From assembly GCF_000186885.1 (NCBI RefSeq), contig NC_014972.1, forward strand, positions 2,910,001 through 2,942,000: a stretch of DNA of 32,000 nucleotides. The letters run 5' to 3'. Origin of the DNA: Desulfobulbus propionicus DSM 2032. GTDB taxonomy: Bacteria; Desulfobacterota; Desulfobulbia; Desulfobulbales; Desulfobulbaceae. Position numbers and translations under genes: made by a program. Below the pieces are notes generated by a model. The model ran no database searches. It was not told the DNA's origin and worked only from the letters and a program-made list of their open reading frames with translations. This document shows, piece by piece, positions 9,263 to 16,747 of the stretch (position 1 is its first letter; each line of letters opens with the position of its first letter).

Positions 9263-9583
9263 ATGAAACGATGGATCATGACCGTGCTTTTTCTGTTGCT
9301 GTGCGGCCAAACCGCCCTTGCGCTCGATTTGCAGACGGCCAAGGCCCAAGGCCTGGTCGGCGAAACCCCCAGCGGTTATCTGGCCCAGGTACAGAGCGGC
9401 AACGGAGAGACAGCCCAACTGGTGCATTCCATCAATGCTCAGCGCAAACAGGAGTACGAAAAAATCGCCCAGCGCAACAAGACGTCCCTGCAGGCGGTCG
9501 AACAGCTGGCCGGCCAGCAGGCCATGGACAAGACGCCGGGCGGCCAATATATCCTGGTCAACGGCACCTGGACCAAGAAATAA
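9263..9583 (+). CDS. ydbL: YdbL family (DUF1318) periplasmic protein
   Basis: 106 aa; signal peptide, then LDLQTAKAQGLVGETPSGYLAQV...STINAQRKQEYEKIAQRNKTSLQAVEQLAGQQAMDKTPGGQYILVNGTWTKK-type sequence, and gene order. Confidence 0.86.
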   Translation: MKRWIMTVLFLLLCGQTALALDLQTAKAQGLVGETPSGYLAQVQSGNGETAQLVHSINAQRKQEYEKIAQRNKTSLQAVEQLAGQQAMDKTPGGQYILVNGTWTKK

Positions 9584-9652
9584 CCGATGTGCGAGGGTGA
9601 CGAACCGCCGCTCCCCTTCCCGGCCCAATGTGCCGCTCCCACCACAATCAGC

Positions 9653-9681
9653 TTGACAGGATAAAACTATACGTTTAAGAT
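9653..9681 (+). promoter_or_regulatory. Candidate sigma70-type promoter for the arsR-aas-lplT unit
   Basis: TTGACA (9653-9658), 17-nt spacer, TAAGAT (9676-9681); ATG of the ArsR gene only 7 nt past the -10 hexamer. Confidence 0.5.
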
Positions 9682-9688
9682 TTTCGAT

Positions 9689-10000
9689 ATGAAAACCAAC
9701 TACACCCGCACCCTGCCCGATGCCTGGAAACCGATGTCCCGGGTGTTCACCGCCCTGGGCGACGAGCACCGTCAGCGCATCCTCCTGTTGTTTGACCAGG
9801 GCGAACGGCTCAACGTGGGCCAGATCGCCGAGGTGTCCACGCTCTCCCGCTCCACCGTCTCCCACCACCTCAAGATCCTCCGCGAGGCCGAGGTGCTGGC
9901 CTCGGAGAAAATCGGCAAGGAGGTCTGGTACTGGATCAACTGCCCCTATCTGGAAACAGTGCTGACCAACGTGCTGGACTACATCCGCCTGATCAAATAA
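9689..10000 (+). CDS. ArsR-family winged-helix transcriptional regulator
   Basis: 103 aa; FTALGDEHRQRILLLFDQGERLNVGQIAEVSTLSRSTVSHHLKILREAEVLASEKIGKEVWYWI. No ELCVCDL-type metal-binding motif. Confidence 0.9.
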   Translation: MKTNYTRTLPDAWKPMSRVFTALGDEHRQRILLLFDQGERLNVGQIAEVSTLSRSTVSHHLKILREAEVLASEKIGKEVWYWINCPYLETVLTNVLDYIRLIK

Positions 10001-10071
10001 TTTTGTTCAACATGTCGAAATTCCTAAACTCATCAATCAATCGCTCCTGCCCATTCACGAGGAACCCTGCC

Positions 10072-12216
10072 ATGATGCGCTCGATTGTGATCGTTGTTCT
10101 CCGCGGCCTGTGCCGCCTGCTGTTCCGGGTCGATATCCAAGGAGCAGCCGCCGGATTCAACGCCGACCGGCTGCTGGTGGTCGCCAACCACGAGTCCCTG
10201 CTCGATGGCCTGCTGCTTGGCCTGTTCATCCCGATCAATCCAGTGTTCGTGGTCCATACCGCCGTGGCCAACAAACCTTTCTTCCGTCTCATCCTCTCCC
10301 TAGTCGATTATCTGGCCGTGGACCCGACCAACCCCATGGCCATGAAACAGGTGGTCCGCTTGCTGGAGGCCGGCCGCCCGGTGGTGATCTTCCCCGAGGG
10401 GCGGATCACCACCACCGGCAGCCTGATGAAGGTCTACGACGGTCCGGCCTTTGTCGCCGCGCGGACCGGAGCCACCATTCTGCCGGTGCGGCTGGACGGT
10501 CCGTCGCGCAGCTACTTCTCCCGCCTGTCCGGCAAATATCCCAAGGTCCTCTTTCCCCGCATCCGCCTCACCATCCTGCCGACCACGACCATTCCCCTGC
10601 CTTCGGCACCGACCGCCAAACTGCGCCGCCGTCTGGCCGGCGAGGCCATGCGCCGCCTGATGCAGGAGATGGTCTTTTCTTGCCGGCCGGCCCAGACCCT
10701 GTTTGCCGCCTTGTGCGACGCCGCCGAGATCTTTGGCCGCAACCGGCGGCTGCTCGAGGATGTCCGTCAAATCGAATACTCCTACAACGACCTGCTCAAG
10801 ATGGCCCTGCTCCTCAGCCGGCAGGTCGAGCGGATGACCGCGGTCGGGGAGCGGGTCGGCCTGCTGCTGCCCAACATGGCGCCAACGCTTGGCCTGCTGC
10901 TCGGCCTGACCGCCCGCCGCCGCATCCCAGCCATGCTCAACTACACCGCTGGTCTCGACGCCCTCCGGGCCGCCTGCACTGCCGCCGAAATCCGCACCGT
11001 ACTCACCTCGCGCGCCTTTGTCGCCCAGGCCAAGCTGGCCGACAAGCTGGCCGGTCTGCACGGGGTGCAGTTGGTCTATCTGGAGGATCTCAAGGCCAAC
11101 ACCCGTCTGGCCGACACCCTGTGGCTGCTCGCCTACGCGATCCATGCGCCCCGATCCCATGCTCTGCCCGCTTCGCCGGAAGATCCGGCGGTGATCCTCT
11201 TTACCTCGGGCTCCGAGGGTATGCCCAAGGGGGTGGTTCTGTCCCACCGGGCCCTCCTGGCCAACATCGCCCAGGTGCGAGCGGTGATCGATTTTTCCGT
11301 GGACGACAAGGTGCTCAACGCCATGCCGATCTTCCACTCCTTTGGCCTCACCGCCGGCACCCTGCTGCCGATACTCACCGGAGCGAGCCTCTTTCTCTAT
11401 CCAACGCCGCTGCACTACCGGGTCATTCCCGAATTGGCCTATGATCGCAACTGCACCGTGCTATTCGGCACATCCACCTTCCTCAACAACTACGCCCACC
11501 ACGCCCATCCCTATGATTTCTACCGGTTGCGCTATGTGGTGGCCGGGGCGGAGAAACTCTCCGAAGCGGTGCGCAGCCTGTGGTTCGAAAAATTCGGCAT
11601 CCGCATCTTCGAGGGCTACGGGACCACCGAAACCGCCCCGGTGCTGGCGGTGAACACGCCCATGGCCTACCGCACCGGCACGGTCGGCACCCTGCTGCCC
11701 GGCATCGAGGCCCGCCTGGTCGCTGTTGCCGGCGTCGAGCGGGGTGGCATCCTCCACGTACGCGGTCCGAACCTGATGAGCGGCTACCTCAAGGCCGACC
11801 GGCCCGGAGTGCTGCAGCCGCCGTCCTCCGAACTGGGCGAGGGCTGGTATGCAACCGGCGATGTGGTGGAGATCGATAGCGAGGGGTTTGTGCGCATTGT
11901 CGGCCGCATGAAGCGTTTTGCCAAGATCGCCGGCGAGATGATCAGCCTGGAGGTGGTGGAGCGATTGGCCGTGGCCGCCTCCCCGACCTGCAGCCATGCG
12001 GCCGTGAGCCAACCGGATGCCGCCAAGGGCGAAGCCCTGGTGCTCTTCACCACCGACCCGGCGCTCAGCCGCGACCAGTTGAGCACAGCGGCCAGGGAAC
12101 TGGGTGTTGCCGAACTGGCCGTGCCACGCACCATCCGGCCGGTCGAATCGCTGCCTCTAATGGGCACCGGCAAGGTCGATCACCTCGCCCTGCAACGGTT
12201 GGCGGCATCTGCCTGA
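10072..12216 (+). CDS. aas: Aas: 2-acylglycerophosphoethanolamine acyltransferase / acyl-ACP synthetase
   Basis: N-terminal PlsC domain (NHESLLDG; VVIFPEGRITTTGSLMKVYDG), C-terminal AMP-binding domain (ILFTSGSEGMPKGVVLSHRALLANI; HYRVIPELAYDRNCTVLFGTSTFLNNYA; RFAKIAGEMISLEVVERLA). Very close in motif order to E. coli Aas. ORF track opens at TTG 10003; ATG 10072 with upstream GAGGA preferred, ATG 10012 also possible. Confidence 0.93.
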   Translation: MMRSIVIVVLRGLCRLLFRVDIQGAAAGFNADRLLVVANHESLLDGLLLGLFIPINPVFVVHTAVANKPFFRLILSLVDYLAVDPTNPMAMKQVVRLLEAGRPVVIFPEGRITTTGSLMKVYDGPAFVAARTGATILPVRLDGPSRSYFSRLSGKYPKVLFPRIRLTILPTTTIPLPSAPTAKLRRRLAGEAMRRLMQEMVFSCRPAQTLFAALCDAAEIFGRNRRLLEDVRQIEYSYNDLLKMALLLSRQVERMTAVGERVGLLLPNMAPTLGLLLGLTARRRIPAMLNYTAGLDALRAACTAAEIRTVLTSRAFVAQAKLADKLAGLHGVQLVYLEDLKANTRLADTLWLLAYAIHAPRSHALPASPEDPAVILFTSGSEGMPKGVVLSHRALLANIAQVRAVIDFSVDDKVLNAMPIFHSFGLTAGTLLPILTGASLFLYPTPLHYRVIPELAYDRNCTVLFGTSTFLNNYAHHAHPYDFYRLRYVVAGAEKLSEAVRSLWFEKFGIRIFEGYGTTETAPVLAVNTPMAYRTGTVGTLLPGIEARLVAVAGVERGGILHVRGPNLMSGYLKADRPGVLQPPSSELGEGWYATGDVVEIDSEGFVRIVGRMKRFAKIAGEMISLEVVERLAVAASPTCSHAAVSQPDAAKGEALVLFTTDPALSRDQLSTAARELGVAELAVPRTIRPVESLPLMGTGKVDHLALQRLAASA

Positions 12217-12254
12217 CACAACCTCTTCCGATCATTCAGTCCAAAGGCCACACC

Positions 12255-14135
12255 ATGAGTTCACAATTCGGTTTGCTCAAGACCCCGCGTTTCCTGCCCT
12301 TCTTCATCACCCAGTTTCTCGGCGCCTTCAACGACAACCTGTTCAAGAACGCCCTGATCGTGCTGCTCACCTTCCAGGCGGCCAGTTGGACCAGCCTCAA
12401 GGCCGAGATCCTGGCCAACCTGGCGGCGGGCATCTTCATCCTGCCCTTTTTCCTCTTCTCCGCCACCGCCGGTCAGTTGGCGGACAAGCACGACAAGGCC
12501 ACCCTCGCCCGGCTGGTCAAGGTGCTGGAGATGGCGATCATGGCCGTGGCCGCCGCCGGCTTCTGGCTGCACAGCCTCCCCCTGCTGCTCGGGGCCCTGT
12601 TTCTGCTCGGCTGCCATTCCACCCTGTTCGGGCCGGTCAAGTACGCCATCCTGCCCCAGCACCTCCATGAGGACGAGCTGGTCGGCGGCAACGCCCTGAT
12701 CGAGGCCGGCACCTTTGTCGCCATCCTCATCGGCACCCTGACCGGTGGCCTGTTGGCCGGTGCGGTCACCCACCCGGTGTGGGTCGCCGCTGGGGGCTTG
12801 CTGGTGGCCTTTGTCGGTTACCTGAGCAGCCGGGGGATCCCCACCGCACCACCGCCGGCCCCGGAGCTGCGCGTCAATCCCAATCCGATCACCGAAACCT
12901 GGCGCAACATTGCCTTTGCCCGCGAAAACCGCACCGTGTTCCTCTCCATCCTGGGTATCTCCTGGTTCTGGCTCTACGGCGCCCTGTTCCTGGCCCAGTT
13001 TCCGGCCTATGCCAAGAATGTGCTCGGTGGCGCGGAATCCACGGTCACCCTGCTGCTGGCCATCTTCACCATCGGTATCGGCATCGGCTCGCTGCTGTGC
13101 GAACGGCTGTCCGGCAAACGGGTGGAGATCGGACTGGTGCCCTTTGGTTCCATCGGCCTGACCCTGTTCGGCCTGGATCTGGCCCTGGCCTCTCCCGCCG
13201 GGCCGATTGCCGGTGCTCCGCTCGGTCTGGGAATGCTGCTCGGTCAGTGGTCCACCTGGCGAATCCTGGTGGATCTGGTGCTGATCGGCATGTTCGGCGG
13301 CTTTTTCATCGTCCCCCTCTATGCCCTGGTGCAGGTGCGCAGCGCGACTGAACATCGAGCGCGGATCATCGCCGCCAACAATATCCTCAACGCCCTGTTC
13401 ATGGTGGTGGGAGCCGTGGCCGCCGGTGCCCTGCTGGGCGCGGGCATGACCATTCCCTGGCTGTTTGCCGTGGCAGCGGTGTGCAACGCCGTGGTCGCCC
13501 TCTATATCTACGGCCTGATCCCCGAGTTCCTCCTCCGCTTCCTCGCCTGGCTGCTGGTGCACGGTGCCTATCGGCTGGAGAAGCGGGGCATCGACCATAT
13601 TCCCGTGGAGGGGCCGGCGGTGCTGGTGTGCAACCATGTCAGTCTGGTGGACGTGTTGGTGATCATGGCCGCCTCGCCACGGCCGGTCCGCTTTTTGCTC
13701 GACGAACGCTTCTTCCGCCTGCCGATCCTCGGCAGTCTACTGCGCCGCAGCGGTGCCATCGGCGCGGACCTGAGCGATGCGCACTCCGCCTCCCTGGTGC
13801 GAGTCCAGGAGGAGGCCGCCGCCACCCTGGCCGCGGGCAACCTGGTGGCCCTGTTCCCGGAGGTGACCCACACACCGGACGGCCACCTGCAACCCTTCCG
13901 CCCGATCGTCACGCCCATCGTTGCCCGCATCCCGGCACCGGTCATTCCCATGGCGCTGCAGGGCTTGTGGGGCAGCTTCTTTTCCCGGATCGAGGGGAGG
14001 GCCTTGGGCCGCCCTTTCCGCCGGGGGCTGCTGTCACGCATCGCGATAGTGATTGGAGCGCCATTGACCGCTGACGAGGCCACGCCCGAGCGGCTGCGAC
14101 AGGCGGTGCAGGATTTGCGAGGAGAATGTCGTTGA
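12255..14135 (+). CDS. LplT-type lysophospholipid MFS transporter fused to a C-terminal PlsC-like acyltransferase domain
   Basis: 626 aa. MFS part FGLLKTPRFLPFFITQFLGAFNDNLFKNALIVLLTF...GQLADKHDKATLARLVK. C-terminal PlsC-like part VEGPAVLVCNHVSLVDVLVIMAASPRPVRFLLDERFFRLPILGSLLRRSGAI...ALFPEVTHTPDGHLQPFRP. Adjacent to aas. Confidence 0.88.
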   Translation: MSSQFGLLKTPRFLPFFITQFLGAFNDNLFKNALIVLLTFQAASWTSLKAEILANLAAGIFILPFFLFSATAGQLADKHDKATLARLVKVLEMAIMAVAAAGFWLHSLPLLLGALFLLGCHSTLFGPVKYAILPQHLHEDELVGGNALIEAGTFVAILIGTLTGGLLAGAVTHPVWVAAGGLLVAFVGYLSSRGIPTAPPPAPELRVNPNPITETWRNIAFARENRTVFLSILGISWFWLYGALFLAQFPAYAKNVLGGAESTVTLLLAIFTIGIGIGSLLCERLSGKRVEIGLVPFGSIGLTLFGLDLALASPAGPIAGAPLGLGMLLGQWSTWRILVDLVLIGMFGGFFIVPLYALVQVRSATEHRARIIAANNILNALFMVVGAVAAGALLGAGMTIPWLFAVAAVCNAVVALYIYGLIPEFLLRFLAWLLVHGAYRLEKRGIDHIPVEGPAVLVCNHVSLVDVLVIMAASPRPVRFLLDERFFRLPILGSLLRRSGAIGADLSDAHSASLVRVQEEAAATLAAGNLVALFPEVTHTPDGHLQPFRPIVTPIVARIPAPVIPMALQGLWGSFFSRIEGRALGRPFRRGLLSRIAIVIGAPLTADEATPERLRQAVQDLRGECR

Positions 14136-14151
14136 GAGCGGAAACCGGAAT

Positions 14152-15849
14152 TTACATCCGGCCGTGGCGGATAATCGAGAGCAGCAGCCAGAACCCCATG
14201 ACGCCGGCGAACAGAAAACCGAGCAGGCCGATGACCGGAATGCTGTGCCAGTGGGGGGGGATGTCGGAGAGGACGATCAGCGAACTGCCGACAATGAGGG
14301 CGGCCAGAACAATGGCAAAGCTGATCCGGTTGGACACCCGGTCCAGGGTGGAGTCCAAGGACTTCAGTCCCCGGTGCTCGAACTCCAGCCGCATCCGGCC
14401 GCTGCGCAGCTGGGAGAGGATGGTGCGGAGCTCGTCGGGCAGGTCGCGCAGCAGCTGCAGGTAAGAGGTGCCGGTGTGGGACAGTTCCTCGGCGATCCGT
14501 CCGGGCTGCATCCGCCCCAACCGGATCTTGCGCATGAACGGTTTGGCCAGGCGGATCAGTTCGAGCTTGGGGTCGAGCATCAACCCCACCCCCTCCACCG
14601 TGCTCAGGGCCTTCATCATCAGATAGAGGCTTGGCTTGAAGGAGAGTTTGTGCCGTGATACCAGGTCGAGCAGATCCTGAAGAATCTTGGCGGCCTCTAG
14701 ATCCTCCAGCGGCCGATAGAGGTACATGTCCATCAGACTGCCCAGATCGCGGCCCAGATTTTCCCGGTCGACCTCGCCCAGTTGCACCGTCACCTTGAGC
14801 ACGCCGCTGACCACCTGCTGCTCGTTGCCGGCCACCAAGTCGAGCACCAGGTCGGTGAAATCCTCTCGATCCTTGAGTGACAGCCGCCCCATCTGCCCGA
14901 AGTCAATAAAGCAGAGCACATTGTCCGGCAGGACAAACACGTTGCCCGGATGGGGATCGGCGTGGAAAAAACCGTGGACAAAGATCTGCTCCATCACCAG
15001 ATTGGCCCCGCGCTCGGCGATCAACGGCAGGTCATAGCCCTGCTCGCGCAGCAGATGCACTTTGGATGACTTGATGCCGATCACATATTCCATCACCAGA
15101 ATGCGATCGGTGCTCAGCTCTGGATAGACCAAGGGCACATGGATGGCCGGGTTGCCCTCGAACTGGCGGGCAAAGCGCTGGATGTTGGCCAGTTCGATGG
15201 AAAAATCGATCTCCCGGCTGAGGCTGCGGGCAAACTCGTGGACAATGGCCATGGGCTGATGCCCCTGGACCTCCTCCAGGTACTGCTCCATCAGCTCGGC
15301 GATGTGGGCCAGGATCTCCAGATCCACGGCGATGACGTTTTCGATCCCGGGCCGTTGTACCTTGACCACCACCTCGGCGCCGTTGTCCATGCGCGCCCGG
15401 TGTACCTGGCCAATGGAGGCCGCGGCCAAGGGCTCGGTGTCGAAATAATGGAAAATCTCCTCCGGCGCCCGCCCCAGTTCCTCCTTGATGATCGCCTGCA
15501 CCTCGTCGATGCCGAAAGCGGCGATATCATCCTGGAGCTTGGCCAATTCGTCAAGGAAATCGGCGGGAATCAAGTCGGGCCGGGTGGAGAGCAGTTGGCC
15601 GAGTTTGATAAAGGTTGGCCCCAACTCCTCGAAGACCAGCCGCAGCCGCTCCGGCCGGGACAGCCGCGCGATCTGCTCGCGCGGCTTGCGGTTGATCATC
15701 TGCAGTCCGGACTCCAGGTACTGGTCGATGTGCAGACGGTCAACCAGATCATTGAAGCCGTACTTGAACAGCACCCGCAGGATGCGGTGATAGCGGTTGA
15801 GGTGGCGGTAGGTCCGGCCGATGGCGCCGAGCTTGCGGATACTGAACAT
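14152..15849 (-). CDS. ABC1/AarF/UbiB-family atypical kinase
   Basis: 565 aa; KxGQ motif TFIKLGQLLSTRPDLIP, Ala-rich loop EPLAAASIGQVHRA, VVKVQRPG, HADPHPGNVFV, CFIDFGQMG, and two C-terminal TM helices. Confidence 0.93.
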   Translation of the reverse strand: MFSIRKLGAIGRTYRHLNRYHRILRVLFKYGFNDLVDRLHIDQYLESGLQMINRKPREQIARLSRPERLRLVFEELGPTFIKLGQLLSTRPDLIPADFLDELAKLQDDIAAFGIDEVQAIIKEELGRAPEEIFHYFDTEPLAAASIGQVHRARMDNGAEVVVKVQRPGIENVIAVDLEILAHIAELMEQYLEEVQGHQPMAIVHEFARSLSREIDFSIELANIQRFARQFEGNPAIHVPLVYPELSTDRILVMEYVIGIKSSKVHLLREQGYDLPLIAERGANLVMEQIFVHGFFHADPHPGNVFVLPDNVLCFIDFGQMGRLSLKDREDFTDLVLDLVAGNEQQVVSGVLKVTVQLGEVDRENLGRDLGSLMDMYLYRPLEDLEAAKILQDLLDLVSRHKLSFKPSLYLMMKALSTVEGVGLMLDPKLELIRLAKPFMRKIRLGRMQPGRIAEELSHTGTSYLQLLRDLPDELRTILSQLRSGRMRLEFEHRGLKSLDSTLDRVSNRISFAIVLAALIVGSSLIVLSDIPPHWHSIPVIGLLGFLFAGVMGFWLLLSIIRHGRM

Positions 15850-15857
15850 GCGCGATA

Positions 15858-16166
15858 TTACTCGCCGTCACTCCGGTTGGTGGCCACCTGCAGTTCCTCG
15901 ATCTTGCGCTGCAACTCGGCGATTTCGTCCTTGGTGGCCAAATTGAGCTGCTTGATCCGGTCCTCGACCCGCTTATTGATCCACAGATCCAGCTGATCCT
16001 TGGCCTTTTCGGATTTGCGCAACAGGTCATCGACGAACTGTTTGCCCTCTTCCTGGGACATCTTGCCCTTTTCAATCAGTTCGCCCTTGAGCTCCTCGAT
16101 CTTTTCCTTGGTGAGAAAGGCCGCGCCGATTCCGGCATAGACTATGTTTTTCAGCATCTCTTTCAT
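15858..16166 (-). CDS. Phasin-like / coiled-coil protein (PHA synthesis regulator-like)
   Basis: MKEMLKNIVYAGIGAAFLTKEKIEELKGELIEKGKMSQEEGKQFVDDLLRKSEKAKDQLDLWINKRVEDRIKQLNLATKDEIAELQRKIEEL. ORF track start at 16226 is upstream of a GGAGG-ATG start at 16166. Confidence 0.75.
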   Translation of the reverse strand: MKEMLKNIVYAGIGAAFLTKEKIEELKGELIEKGKMSQEEGKQFVDDLLRKSEKAKDQLDLWINKRVEDRIKQLNLATKDEIAELQRKIEELQVATNRSDGE

Positions 16167-16232
16167 GATCTCCTCCATGGGTGCAAAAACGTGGACTATA
16201 CTGGGCGCGCTCGCAGAGCCGCCCATCCCGTG

Positions 16233-16604
16233 TCAATTTTTGTCGACATCCCGATGGGCGACCTCCGCCCGCAGCCCCTGCCGCTCAAGAAGGGCGCGCA
16301 GGTACTCGACCACGGCCACCGAGCGGTGTTTGCCGCCGGTACATCCCACCGCCACGGTCACCGACTCCCGCCCTCCCGCCGCGTACTCATTCAACAAAAA
16401 AATCAGCAGGGGTTCAAGCAGGGCAAGAAACCGTGCGCCGCTCTGGTTGCCGAGCACATAGCTGGCCACCCGTGGCTCCCTGCCGGTAAAGGGTTGCAGC
16501 TCCGGCACCCAAAACGGGTTGGGCAAGAAACGGACATCCCAGACCAGATCGGCCGCGGCCGGACCATGCTTGAACCCAAAGGAATAGAGGGAAATTTTCA
16601 CCAT
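16233..16604 (-). CDS. Stand-alone RapZ C-terminal-like domain protein
   Basis: 123 aa; SFGFKHG...ADLVWDVRFLPNPFWVPELQPFTG...VTVAVGCTGGKHRSVAVVEYLRALL...AEVAHRDVDK matches the RapZ/YvcJ C-terminal half. The N-terminal P-loop half (GxSGSGKS) is absent. Confidence 0.85.
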   Translation of the reverse strand: MVKISLYSFGFKHGPAAADLVWDVRFLPNPFWVPELQPFTGREPRVASYVLGNQSGARFLALLEPLLIFLLNEYAAGGRESVTVAVGCTGGKHRSVAVVEYLRALLERQGLRAEVAHRDVDKN

Positions 16605-16646
16605 AGCCTCATGAATGGCTGCGAAAAGGGGGACAGGATATAATGC

Positions 16647-16674
16647 AGTATAAGCACCGCTTGTATTTGTTCAA
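16647..16674 (-). promoter_or_regulatory. Candidate promoter for the rapZ-C/phasin/ABC1 kinase unit
   Basis: Minus strand reads TTGAAC (16674-16669), 16-nt spacer, TATACT (16652-16647); start codon of the first gene at 16604. Confidence 0.45.
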
Positions 16675-16687
16675 TCTTTGTTCAATC
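16666..16687. repeat. Perfect tandem duplication of an 11-mer (TTTGTTCAATC x2)
   Basis: Plus strand 16666-16676 and 16677-16687 are identical. Confidence 0.9.
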
Positions 16688-16747
16688 GCAAAAAGCGTTT
16701 TTTATGAATCAGCTCGGCCGGATAGCCGGGAGCTGCCCGGCTTTGCC

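Noticed and set aside
10110-11444. 444-aa plus-strand ORF overlapping aas in another frame
   Set aside because: Pro/Arg/Gly-rich frame-shifted shadow of aas, whose own frame carries every expected motif.
12261-13637. 458-aa minus-strand ORF
   Set aside because: Antisense to the LplT-PlsC fusion gene and composed of Gln/Gly/His-rich low-complexity sequence.
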